A stretch of DNA of 64,000 nucleotides from an uncultured Phycisphaerales bacterium (lineage in GTDB: Bacteria; Planctomycetota; Phycisphaerae; Tepidisphaerales; Tepidisphaeraceae): the NCBI GenBank assembly GCA_963758525.1, contig CAVWVQ010000003.1, forward strand, positions 3,904,001-3,968,000. The letters are read 5' to 3'. Shown one piece after another: positions 10,436 through 19,354 of this stretch; positions within the stretch are counted from its first letter, which is position 1, and every line of letters starts with the position of its first letter. The notes under the pieces are model-generated. The model made no database searches and was not told the origin of the DNA. It saw nothing but the letters and a program-made list of their open reading frames with translations. Made by a program: the position numbers and the translations under genes.

Positions 10436-11352
10436 CGATTACTCCATACCTTCGTGGAGAGGTCCTCGAAGTCTGCGAGGCGGTCCCGAAGCTCCTTGGG
10501 TAAGGCGGTTGGGATTTCATAATCCGAAATAGACCTTGACGGGTCGTTGATTGCTCCGTCTGTCCTCGTGGGCGTGAGGGCATCCAAGATTAACGAGTCC
10601 GGACAGGATCCCAGAGCAGATTTGTGCTCCGCGTACCATGCGTGCCGCACCTCGACGAACGGCCGAACCGCGGATGCACTATTGCGGTAGGCGTGGGGTA
10701 TTAGAAATTTCAACAGATCAATGTCATCGGTGGTGCATCCGCTCTTCCTGGCCGTCATTGGGTTGACGAAGAATGGCATTGCATAGACTCCATGGCGCAC
10801 CACGCGCCAACCAAGCGGCGCCATCCCACGATCCTTTCCTTCCTGGACCCCTGATTTGTTGGTGGTCGTCAGTCGCTCGACCTCGATTGGGGAGATACTG
10901 ATGCCCGGTCCGAACTGTACCGCACCCGTGCTGATGAAATGGTCCTTCTCGCCGGGCTTAAAATCTTTGCCCTTAATGTCTTCGAGGAACGTATTACCGA
11001 AAACGCGACCATCCCAGTACGCGCTCATGAATTCGGCAGCGCTCATCTTGAAGATCAAGTCGCGGTTCCTCCCACGGCTTTCCAAAATGCCGTATTTACG
11101 TTTGTCGCCGTTCGACATAAGGGCGAGCTTTTCTTTGGCTTCTACCCAAACCGGCCCTTGGTCGTCCGCGACCATATCGCGAAGTTTCCGCTTATACGAA
11201 ACCGGCGAGATAAGCCCTCTGCCGTCAGCGTCAAGCGTTCGCGGTTCGCTTTCAGCGTCCGGGTCTCCGTTAGGGTTGCTGTGGCGGACCTCGATTACAA
11301 GCAGGCCAGTCCCTCGATTGAGCGCGGCTTTACCATCGTTGATCGATGCCAT
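10432..11352 (-). CDS. cas7: Cas7 (Csd2/Csh2-like), divergent
   Basis: SNPNGDPD..SEPR...ISPVSYKRKLRD, D.RVFG, TGAVQFG, VVRHGVY. Confidence 0.93.
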   Translation of the reverse strand: MASINDGKAALNRGTGLLVIEVRHSNPNGDPDAESEPRTLDADGRGLISPVSYKRKLRDMVADDQGPVWVEAKEKLALMSNGDKRKYGILESRGRNRDLIFKMSAAEFMSAYWDGRVFGNTFLEDIKGKDFKPGEKDHFISTGAVQFGPGISISPIEVERLTTTNKSGVQEGKDRGMAPLGWRVVRHGVYAMPFFVNPMTARKSGCTTDDIDLLKFLIPHAYRNSASAVRPFVEVRHAWYAEHKSALGSCPDSLILDALTPTRTDGAINDPSRSISDYEIPTALPKELRDRLADFEDLSTKVWSNR

Positions 11353-11363
11353 GTTTTTGTCTC

Positions 11364-11831
11364 CTATTCCTTGGGTGGGTTCGATTGTGAGTCTTGGGCC
11401 GAGAGATCCGATTGGGACTTTTGAAGCCCCGCAATATAGCCAAGCAATAATTCTGCCCGAAACAAGTCGTCTACTTTGCAGGTGTTTAATTCGGTACTGA
11501 CTTCATCAGCCAGCGGCTTCATTTCCCGTGCGTGGCGTAAAGCCTTCTTAATTTCCCAGAACCGTTGCTGTTGGTCCTTTTGCTTGCTTCCGTGCAGAGC
11601 TTCGATACGGTCCGGGTCGCGCACCGTCCTCTTCGCCCATCCGTCGTACGGCTTCCACCGTCGGCAAAGCGTAGCCAGCGCTTTCGCCGGTGAGGCCTGA
11701 GCCATGGTGAACACCTGATTACCCAGCAGGGATGGCGGCACGTCGCCGCCCCGTACGTCCGCACAATAACCTGCATGTACGATGTCCGCCGCCGCGAGCA
11801 ACTGGCCGAGTTTAAATGCAATTTGGCTCAT
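11364..11831 (-). CDS. cas11: Putative Cas11 small subunit translated from an internal start in cas8 (155 aa)
   Basis: In-frame ATG 11831 preceded by TAAGGA (11844-11839) with a 7-nt AT-rich spacer (TAAGGAAATATATATG), just before AFKLGQLL. Confidence 0.7.
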   Translation of the reverse strand: MSQIAFKLGQLLAAADIVHAGYCADVRGGDVPPSLLGNQVFTMAQASPAKALATLCRRWKPYDGWAKRTVRDPDRIEALHGSKQKDQQQRFWEIKKALRHAREMKPLADEVSTELNTCKVDDLFRAELLLGYIAGLQKSQSDLSAQDSQSNPPKE

Positions 11832-13547
11832 ATATATTTCCTTATTACGACCCGATTTGGACAATAGCACGCCCAGCATTGTCACAGTTCGAAGAACCTC
11901 GCGGCGGTCGAATTCTTTGGCCGCGTCGAAACTGCGGCGCAAAGCATGAGCCGCTCGTGAACAAAGAATCGTCCTGCGCGCCAAGACCAGACGAAGGACG
12001 CGCGATGTACGACGGCGTGCCGGAAGCGTCTTAGGCTCTGTGCGGTCAAGGAATAGCGATAGGGCCTCCGCCGCAGGCAAACCGATGACGTCCTCCGCCC
12101 GCGTCCCCCCTTCGATGAAAAGCTGTTTGGTAAACGAGATGACGCCGAGCGGCGGCACGTGAGGAGGCGACATTGGCCGCGGTTTGCGCTCGCCTTGGCG
12201 AAGTACCGGGAGCGTGACCCCCGCCGGCACGTTTCTCTCTCCATCTGACCACCTGACGGCCGAGTCGTACAGGTCGCCTACCGGGGATTCGCCGGAATAA
12301 ATAACCTTGCGATTAGCCGGATCAACTCTACGCAACACTGCAAGCCGTACCGGAGTCTTTCGAAAGTCGGCCCCGGCCCTCCCTTGGATCGACTCAAGAA
12401 GTCGCTCGGTGCGTTTTTCAAACGTCGCAATTGAATCGGGTGGGTTGGCCGCAACCAGAGGCTGTGGCTCTTCCGAAGAAAAGTCCTCCTCGTCGTCTGT
12501 AAGCGTCCCTACTATCGGGGCGTCAGGGAGTGATTCGACGAAGGCTAATAATAGGTCGGTTTGCTTCGGGGCTTCGCCGGGGATTGAACGCCACGTTATC
12601 CCCCGACGTTCCGGGCTTGTAAGCGACTCGGCTGCCGCCGCCAGACAACGCGCCAAGTCTTCTCCGACTTGAATCGTGTCGCTTCCAAATCTGCCGTACC
12701 GATCATTAGCGGGAAGTTGGTCGAAGCGGGAGAATAATGACGTTGGGCCGATGATCGGAAGATTGCATCGCGGAAAAATGTCATCAACGAGGTAGACATT
12801 GTCGCCGGTCAGCGCACACCGTGATTTGGTCCTGTCCGGTGGGCCTGCTGAACCGCCCAAGGCCGTGCCGATTAGTGCGAGGATTCCGCGATCGGTGAGA
12901 CTCAGAGGCCATTCGCCGACCGCGTCTATGTAAATCGCCCCCTTTGCTACAAGCAGGGCGGCAGCAAGGTCAATCCAGTCATCCGAGGCCGTTTCGGTCA
13001 GTCCCTTGATAAGGTGAACTCGAACGGCATCCAAAAAACGGGCAGGGTCGCCCCCGTCTCTGGGGTCGCAGGCCCGAAGAAAGCGCTTCAAAGCGGCGGG
13101 GACAACACGAGCTTGCCCCTCTCGCAGGCTGTCAAGCTGCGCCAATCGCTCGCGCAGCCGCCTCATCGTCCCACCGGTCGCCCACTCGCCGAGTTCCTGG
13201 CGGCGTAGACTGGTTTCTGCAGCGAGATTTAACAAAGTAGCGCGCTGTTCATGCCGCTTCGGCCGCTTTGCCGCTTCTGTCCATTCGTCCCACTTCCGAA
13301 TTGCCACATCATCCAAGAGCGGCTTTATCCGAACGAAAGGGAAACTATTCTTGTTGAAGTCCCTGAGTGTCCAAAGCGGCGCTGTTTTAGGCACCGGCGA
13401 ACCCTTGGCTATGTGGCCATCAGGATTCAGGTACACCCGTAAGGTATCAACGCCTCGGGCGGTTGGCGAGATATCTGGATGGCGCTGCTCGATTTCGATG
13501 CCGGCGTCCCGCGCCCCCCGCTCGGCTATGAGGAATTCGTTTAGCAT
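11364..13547 (-). CDS. cas8: Large subunit Cas8-like protein, highly divergent (~727 aa)
   Basis: Lies between cas5 and cas7. It has a CALTG motif, a C-terminal AFKLGQLL...LLLGY segment resembling the Cas8c/Cas11 region, and an internal RBS plus ATG. Confidence 0.75.
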   Translation of the reverse strand: MLNEFLIAERGARDAGIEIEQRHPDISPTARGVDTLRVYLNPDGHIAKGSPVPKTAPLWTLRDFNKNSFPFVRIKPLLDDVAIRKWDEWTEAAKRPKRHEQRATLLNLAAETSLRRQELGEWATGGTMRRLRERLAQLDSLREGQARVVPAALKRFLRACDPRDGGDPARFLDAVRVHLIKGLTETASDDWIDLAAALLVAKGAIYIDAVGEWPLSLTDRGILALIGTALGGSAGPPDRTKSRCALTGDNVYLVDDIFPRCNLPIIGPTSLFSRFDQLPANDRYGRFGSDTIQVGEDLARCLAAAAESLTSPERRGITWRSIPGEAPKQTDLLLAFVESLPDAPIVGTLTDDEEDFSSEEPQPLVAANPPDSIATFEKRTERLLESIQGRAGADFRKTPVRLAVLRRVDPANRKVIYSGESPVGDLYDSAVRWSDGERNVPAGVTLPVLRQGERKPRPMSPPHVPPLGVISFTKQLFIEGGTRAEDVIGLPAAEALSLFLDRTEPKTLPARRRTSRVLRLVLARRTILCSRAAHALRRSFDAAKEFDRREVLRTVTMLGVLLSKSGRNKEIYMSQIAFKLGQLLAAADIVHAGYCADVRGGDVPPSLLGNQVFTMAQASPAKALATLCRRWKPYDGWAKRTVRDPDRIEALHGSKQKDQQQRFWEIKKALRHAREMKPLADEVSTELNTCKVDDLFRAELLLGYIAGLQKSQSDLSAQDSQSNPPKE

Positions 13548-13560
13548 CGGTTTTTCCCTC

Positions 13561-14274
13561 TCAAGCAACGTCGCTTGTCCACTCGGGCGGCAGTTCGTAG
13601 CGGAGAATGCCGGCGTTTACCCTCACTTCTTGACGGTAGTCGGGGTCGTAGCCACCGTTTACTGGACGGTCCCAAATCCCTAGCAACATCGAGGGAATCT
13701 CCAATGATAATGCCGTATCGACTTCCATTAAATCATTGCGGAAGGGACCCCAATACGAGCAAGTAAATTCGCTCCAGCCCATACATGGAGTTCGGAAACA
13801 TTTGCCGCCCTTTACCCGACGATCGAACAGGTCCTTGAGATAGTGGCGGGTGTTGATTCGGCCTGCTTGACGCCGCCCGATGATAGCTCCGTGGACTCGG
13901 TAACACACATTGCTGAGAACGGTAGCAAAAAGTTGCATGCTGCTGCCGCCGGAAGCAAGACCCTTAGTGAGGACGCTCGTTTTCCGCAAAGGGCCACCGT
14001 AATTCGTCGTGAATCGTTGAAATGAAACTCGGCCACCGGGCTCGCCCACCCGGCGGCATACTTCAACCGTTGTTGGGCAAATCCAAGCCGCGCCGTCAGC
14101 AAGAAATGCAATCGCCTCGAACAACCCTTTAGCCGCCGACCAAGTGGGTACGGCGTAACTCGTTGGCGTGCCGCCGGTGTCTGGCCGTGAAAACATGGCC
14201 AACGGGGCAGCAACTTCCAGTTCAACGGGATATCGCGAAACCATGCGTGGCGCGTCGTCACTGGTCGGTTTCAT
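13561..14274 (-). CDS. cas5: Cas5 (Cas5d/I-C-like), divergent (start ATG 14274 or 14244)
   Basis: LEVAAPLAMFSRP...SYAVPTWSAAKGLFEAI, LSNVCYRV, FDRRVKGGKCFRTPCMGWSEF. Confidence 0.88.
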   Translation of the reverse strand: MKPTSDDAPRMVSRYPVELEVAAPLAMFSRPDTGGTPTSYAVPTWSAAKGLFEAIAFLADGAAWICPTTVEVCRRVGEPGGRVSFQRFTTNYGGPLRKTSVLTKGLASGGSSMQLFATVLSNVCYRVHGAIIGRRQAGRINTRHYLKDLFDRRVKGGKCFRTPCMGWSEFTCSYWGPFRNDLMEVDTALSLEIPSMLLGIWDRPVNGGYDPDYRQEVRVNAGILRYELPPEWTSDVA

Positions 14275-14309
14275 GTTATTAGTTCCCAAGTAATGTGCCG
14301 GGACCCGAT

Positions 14310-14545
14310 CGTGCGGCGAATCCCGAAAATTTTGCGAGCGGTTCCGCAAATCGTGCCAGCGACAGTAGCTCGCCCCAGTCGGCGGCGCCGAATGCCGCTG
14401 CGAACGTTCGGGCGAGCCGAGCGACATGGTCGGCGTGCGCCTCAAGCGTTTCCCACTGCGATTGCGGCTCGCCCGGCAGGCTATGCGCGTAAATCGCGCG
14501 CGGCTCGTTCAAACTGTCTGAATCCTGAGTAGCGGCCCGCGACAT
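14310..14545 (-). pseudogene. cas3: Truncated N-terminal remnant of a canonical type I-C cas3 HD domain
   Basis: ATG 14545: ...IYAHSLPGEPQSQWETLEAHADHVARLARTFAAAFGAADWGELL, a frameshift, then WHDLRN..QNF (degenerate HDLGK). No helicase follows; cas5 starts about 40 nt later. The left boundary is approximate. Confidence 0.8.
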
Positions 14546-14690
14546 ATCCCACCTTTTGTTGCAGCGGCGTGTCACCCACGCCGGGGGGATATGGTACGGC
14601 GGATGTTTGGAGTCCAAAAACTATTCGGGAGTTTTCAACAGGGGGCTGGGCCGGAGCGGAGGGGTGGACGGTAGAGAGTCGACTCGACGG

Positions 14691-14796
14691 TGTACTTGTC
14701 CTCGCTTCCCTTTCCGCTTTTAGCCGGCTGGCTCGCGAACCGTGTCCCCACCTGCTGGAAGAGAACGGCTCGCGAGCGAGGCGGCTAAAAGGGGGA
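14691..14796. repeat. ~105-bp palindromic element, copy 1
   Basis: TGTACTTGTCCTCGCTTCCCTTTCCGCTTTTAGCCGGCT...GAAGAGAACGGCTCGCGAGCGAG..GGC.AAAAGGGG, with a near-identical direct copy at 16629-16733. Confidence 0.88.
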
Positions 14797-14853
14797 ATTG
14801 GCGCGAGGATGGGTTATAGTTGTTCTGAGGCTTCATGCTAGAGTCGCGGGACC

Positions 14854-15123
14854 ATGGACAGGGCATTTCGCCGGAACGAGTGGAATCGTGAGCACATCGC
14901 GATTCACGGCGTATTGCCGGAGGAAGCGGAGTTCATCGTCAACCATACCTCACGGCCGTACCCCGAGTTTATTGGCGATGGCAAATGGCGGGTGCGCGGG
15001 CAGACGTTCAGCGGTCGGTATCTGCAGGTGATATTCGTGATCGAGCACGAATGCTATTATGTGATTCATGCGCGGGGCCTGACGGAAAGAGAGCGACGAA
15101 ACTTGCGACGGAGACGCCGATGA
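14854..15123 (+). CDS. BrnT-like (RelE-fold) toxin
   Basis: 89 aa, NEWNREHIAIHGV..EEAE...GQT.SGRYLQVIF...VIHAR.LT.RER. Overlaps the next gene (ATGA). Confidence 0.75.
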   Translation: MDRAFRRNEWNREHIAIHGVLPEEAEFIVNHTSRPYPEFIGDGKWRVRGQTFSGRYLQVIFVIEHECYYVIHARGLTERERRNLRRRRR

Positions 15124-15413
15124 CGAAGAAAAAGAAACGGTGGTCCGAACTGACCGCCGGGGAACTCGCTGCCGCGACGAAGGAATTCGACGATCCGAAT
15201 TATCAACCTGCGGCGGTACGCCCTTCAAAGAAAGACGTTGCCTCGCTTCGGCGTGTACAGCGAAAATCCGTCAGCGATGGCTTTCGCGTCGGAGTCGCGC
15301 TGGAGCAGGCGCTGATCGATCAGGCCGACCAATATGCGCTGGATCATGGAATGACCTTTTCCGATCTGGTTGGTACGGCCCTTCGCCGCCTGATGCGAAA
15401 GCGGTCGGCATAG
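15120..15413 (+). CDS. Cognate antitoxin with a C-terminal ribbon-helix-helix-like domain
   Basis: Coupled to the toxin. C-terminus RVGVALEQALIDQADQYA..HGMTFSDLV..AL is RHH-like. Confidence 0.65.
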   Translation: MTKKKKRWSELTAGELAAATKEFDDPNYQPAAVRPSKKDVASLRRVQRKSVSDGFRVGVALEQALIDQADQYALDHGMTFSDLVGTALRRLMRKRSA

Positions 15414-15440
15414 TTGCCGACAAACAGGGGAGGCGGCTCC

Positions 15441-16454
15441 ATGGCCGACATCCGCGTTGCTCGATTGTTGCGGCTCATCACCCTCCTGCGCGCGCGGACC
15501 GCGCCAACTTTGATAGAGTTCGCACGCGAGTTAGAGGTGTCCACGCGGACGATCTACCGCGATCGCAGGGCGCTGGAGCACGCGAACATTCCCTGCCGTT
15601 TCGACAAGGAAATCGGCGGATACCGTCTCGGCGAGGATTTCTTTCTCCCGCCGGTGCAGCTCACGCTCGGCGAGTCGATGGCGCTGTCGGTGCTGGCGTC
15701 GCAGCTTGCCGGGCGAAAGCAGATTCCGTTCCTGGAGGATGCCTGGCGGGCGGTCACGAAGGTGCGGAGCCAGCTTCCGGCGGCGATTCGCGAGGAGCTG
15801 GCGGGGTCCGATGGAAATGTGCGGGTGGAGGGGACGCGGGTTTCGCCACAGAGCGGATGCGAGCCGCATTTTGAGATGTTGCGGCGGGCCATCGCGTCGA
15901 AGCGAAAGGTGCGATGCGCGTACGAGGGAGTGAAGCACGGCAAGGCGGCGTTTTTGTTTTGGCCATACGCGCTATTCTTCTGTCAGCGGGCGTGGTACGT
16001 GATCGGCCATAGCGAGAGTGCCGACGCGGAGCGGTCACTGAAACTCAATCGGCTGAGCAAAGTGGAGCCGACCGAGCGGCCCTTCGCGATCCCGGACGGC
16101 TGGACCCTTGAAAAGAGCTTTGGGAAAGCCTGGCGGATGATGCGCGGCGGCCGGCTGTTCCAGGTTAAAATCCAATTCGACGGCGAGTTCGGTCGCAACG
16201 TCGCGGATACGCTCTGGCATGCCACGCAACGAATCACTTGGGCGGGCGGCGTCTGCCTGTTCGAGTGTGAGGTCGACGGCTTGGATGAGATTATCTGGTG
16301 GGTGCTGGGCTATGGGCATCACGCCCGCGTGCTCGCGCCTCCGGAGCTGGTGGAGCGCGTCGCCAAATCGGCGGAACTGGTGGGGAAGCAATACCGCGGG
16401 CGGGCAGAGGGCCCGCCCAAGAGAAGTCGGGAGAAGGTGCTGGTGCCAAGCTAA
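15441..16454 (+). CDS. YafY/PafB-family HTH-WYL-WCX transcriptional regulator
   Basis: ELEVSTRTIYRD HTH, PYAL...AWYVIG...RSLKLNRL WYL domain, WVLGYG...VLAPPEL WCX domain. GGAGG RBS. Confidence 0.93.
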   Translation: MADIRVARLLRLITLLRARTAPTLIEFARELEVSTRTIYRDRRALEHANIPCRFDKEIGGYRLGEDFFLPPVQLTLGESMALSVLASQLAGRKQIPFLEDAWRAVTKVRSQLPAAIREELAGSDGNVRVEGTRVSPQSGCEPHFEMLRRAIASKRKVRCAYEGVKHGKAAFLFWPYALFFCQRAWYVIGHSESADAERSLKLNRLSKVEPTERPFAIPDGWTLEKSFGKAWRMMRGGRLFQVKIQFDGEFGRNVADTLWHATQRITWAGGVCLFECEVDGLDEIIWWVLGYGHHARVLAPPELVERVAKSAELVGKQYRGRAEGPPKRSREKVLVPS

Positions 16455-16628
16455 GCGGGGGCAATCAAAACTTTACGGAGATGACACGGGAAAGCCATGG
16501 GGGGCATCCAATTGCAGAATGGCATTTCTGCCGTCCAACTCTACGTCCGAAATGGACCGGCGCGCGCCACGACCTTCGAGCCGCCGGGTGCCACCATACT
16601 CAGATGAAACGACCTCCAACCTCTACGA

Positions 16629-16733
16629 TGTACTTGTCCTCGCTTCCCTTTCCGCTTTTAGCCGGCTTGCTTGCGAGCCGTCTTTCCATATTCAGAAGAG
16701 AACGGCTCGCGAGCGAGCCGGCAAAAAGGGGAA
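16629..16733. repeat. ~105-bp palindromic element, copy 2
   Basis: Direct repeat of 14691-14796. Confidence 0.88.
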
Positions 16734-16892
16734 GGACCTTTCGCGAAGACGCGGGCTGCAATCTCCCAGCTCCCGCGCGAATCTGGGAAGAGGGAACACG
16801 AATCTGCACGAATCTTCACGAATGAGACGAAGGAATTTGCTTCGTGAAGATGACCACGGCGCTGCCTCGCTTCGCTGGGCCGCAACCAAAAC

Positions 16893-17048
16893 GAAGAGCC
16901 GCGAAGACGCGAAGACGCGAAGAGAGACGCGAAGGTAAGAAAATCAAAAATGCGGGATCGAAGCCCAAGGAATTGCGCCTTCGGGTTTCAGGTGCAATTG
17001 AATTGTCTTCCTTCGCGTTTGTCTTCGCGTCTTCGCGTCTTCGCGGCC
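16893..17048. repeat. Inverted pair of octamer tandem repeats (CGCGAAGA)n ... (TCTTCGCG)n
   Basis: Read directly. A second element of this family lies at 51376-51506. Confidence 0.85.
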
Positions 17049-17280
17049 CTTGATCTTTTGGCTGATCGCCTGCCCGGGAAAATTTGCGCAGCGCGCGAAG
17101 ATCTCAATGGGTTGTGACACGGATGGCAATCCGTTGGCTTTGGGAGATTCACAATCGGACTCAGCTTTGTAAGGGGGTGAAGAAGAGATCCGCCATGGCG
17201 GGGGAGCTGCGGTGCCCGCGGTGGCGGGGGAACTGCGTCACGGAGCGGAGGAATGAGGAGTGTTTGTCGGCGGGTTACGC

Positions 17281-17910
17281 TCAGGGGATCGCTTGCGCGA
17301 TCGCTGCGACGGCTTGGGCGAGAGTGGAGAGGGCGTGTTTGGAATTTCTTGCGAGGCGGCGAGCGATGGGCCAGGAGCGGGGGCGAAGGAGCATGTCGCG
17401 GGCGATGACGGCGGGGCGGGGAGTTCCCATCTGGTCGATCCAGTGCAAAATCATCGGGTCCAGCTCATCTTCGGCAGTGTCACTGACGCTCCGAATGCCG
17501 ATAAACGGGATTGCCAGCGAGCGTGCGGCGGCGCGGACGAGCGACTGCTCCATGTCGACGGCAGCGGCGCCGGTTTGAGCGAAGAGGAGTTTCTTCGCGT
17601 CAGGGGTGGTCACCAGTGCGACGCTGCTGTGAATGTTGCCGCGGCGAAGGGAGCGGGTGTTCCAGGGGAAAGACTCGTCGCAGTCGACGATGATGTCGCC
17701 GATCTGGAGGGAAGGGTCCAACGCGCCGGCCAGGCCGGCCAGGATGATGCATCGGATCGGCTGCAACGGGGCCAGGTCGGGCAGGCGGGCGGCGCGGATG
17801 CCGATGGTTCGGAATTGGACGTTTTGCGATGTTGAGGTGGGAATCGCGGCTTTGATGGCTTTGGACTCGTTGTGCAAAGCCGTGAGGACTAAGAGTTTAG
17901 GATTTGTCAC
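17281..17910 (-). CDS. hpnG: Hopanoid-associated nucleoside phosphorylase (HpnG-like)
   Basis: ILAGLAGALDP.L.IGDI, AVDME, IRSVSD; divergent from hpnH. GTG start inferred. Confidence 0.7.
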   Translation of the reverse strand: MTNPKLLVLTALHNESKAIKAAIPTSTSQNVQFRTIGIRAARLPDLAPLQPIRCIILAGLAGALDPSLQIGDIIVDCDESFPWNTRSLRRGNIHSSVALVTTPDAKKLLFAQTGAAAVDMEQSLVRAAARSLAIPFIGIRSVSDTAEDELDPMILHWIDQMGTPRPAVIARDMLLRPRSWPIARRLARNSKHALSTLAQAVAAIAQAIP

Positions 17911-18014
17911 GCGGGCGAATTGTAACCGGAGTGGGGGGAAGTTAAGCTTTTGACCCTTTCGGGGTGTTTGAATGAACTCCTGCGGGTGCGCGCGGGAAAA
18001 GCGAAGGATTGTCA

Positions 18015-19157
18015 ATGGGTGTGCCGGTATCGCAAATGTGGACGGTTGCCAGTTACGTGGTGAGCCAAAAGCTGGCGGGGCGCAAGCAGTACCCTCTGGT
18101 GCTGATGCTCGAGCCGCTGTTCCGCTGCAACCTGGCATGCGCGGGGTGCGGGAAGATTCAGTACCCGGCCCACGTGCTCAAGAAGAACCTTTCGCCCGAG
18201 CAATGTTTCAAGGCGGTGGACGAATGCGGCGCGCCGATGGTGAGCATTCCCGGGGGCGAGCCGTTGCTGCATCCGCAGATCGATGAGATCGTGCGCGGCC
18301 TGGTGGCGCGCAAGAAGTATGTCTATCTGTGCACGAACGCGTTGCTGCTCAAGGAGAAGCTGCACCTGTTTGAGCCGAGCAAGTATCTGACATTCAGCGT
18401 TCACATGGACGGGCAGAAGGAGCATCACGATTTCAGCGTCTGCCGGGAAGGGGGGTACGAGATTGCCGTTGAGGGAGTGAAGGCGGCGATCGCCCGCGGG
18501 TTCCGGGTGACGACGAATACGACGCTGTTCGATGGAACCGATCCGAACAGCGTCAGAGCGTTTTTCGATGAGATGATGGAGCTGGGCGTCGAGGGGATGA
18601 TGCTCTCGCCGGGGTACAGCTATGACAAGGCTCCGGATCAGGAGCATTTTCTGGGCCGGGCGAAAACGCGGCGGCTGTTCACGAAGATTCTGAGCAACCG
18701 GAAGAAGTCGTGGCGGTTTAATCAGAGCCCGCTGTTCCTGGAATTTCTCATGGGCAAGCGGCAATATCGCTGCACGCCCTGGGGGATGCCGACGTACAAC
18801 GTTTTTGGGTGGCAGAAGCCGTGCTATCTGCTGCAGGACGGATATGCCGACACGTTTGCCGAGCTGATGGAATCCACGCAGTGGGACCAATACGGCACGG
18901 AGAGCGGCAATCCCAAGTGCGCGAACTGCATGGTGCACAGCGGCTACGAAGCCAGCGCGGTCGACGACACTTTCACGTCGATCGGCGGGTTGCTGGGCGC
19001 GGCGAAAGCGACGCTGTTTGGTGGGAGATACAGCAATCCCGAGGCGATGGAATCGCTGGCGGAAGAGCCGATGCCGCATGCGCCGGCGGCGAAGTTGGTT
19101 TCGCTGACGATGCGAGGGGTGAAGTCGGCGGAGAAGAGGGAAGGCGTGAGTGTGTGA
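18015..19157 (+). CDS. hpnH: Adenosyl-hopene transferase, radical SAM
   Basis: [47 protein letters not shown]. Confidence 0.96.
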   Translation: MGVPVSQMWTVASYVVSQKLAGRKQYPLVLMLEPLFRCNLACAGCGKIQYPAHVLKKNLSPEQCFKAVDECGAPMVSIPGGEPLLHPQIDEIVRGLVARKKYVYLCTNALLLKEKLHLFEPSKYLTFSVHMDGQKEHHDFSVCREGGYEIAVEGVKAAIARGFRVTTNTTLFDGTDPNSVRAFFDEMMELGVEGMMLSPGYSYDKAPDQEHFLGRAKTRRLFTKILSNRKKSWRFNQSPLFLEFLMGKRQYRCTPWGMPTYNVFGWQKPCYLLQDGYADTFAELMESTQWDQYGTESGNPKCANCMVHSGYEASAVDDTFTSIGGLLGAAKATLFGGRYSNPEAMESLAEEPMPHAPAAKLVSLTMRGVKSAEKREGVSV

Positions 19158-19354
19158 GGGGGAGGAAGTTTGGGAGGAGCGTGGCGCGGGGAGCCTGGGG
19201 GGTTACGGGGCGCGGTGTTGCGGGGGGGGCCGGCGCGGTGTTGCGGGGGGCGGCGCGGGTTGCGGGGCATCGCGCGCGGCCCTTCGGGCGGCCGCTAAAC
19301 GGGGGAGGGAAGCATTCTGACGCAGCTTTCGGGATCGATTGGGAAGGAGTGATT

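Noticed and set aside
14546..14853. CreTA-like mini-array or anti-repeat RNA next to the cas operon
   Set aside because: I found no sequence resembling the CRISPR repeat. The palindrome there belongs to the 105-bp repeat family.
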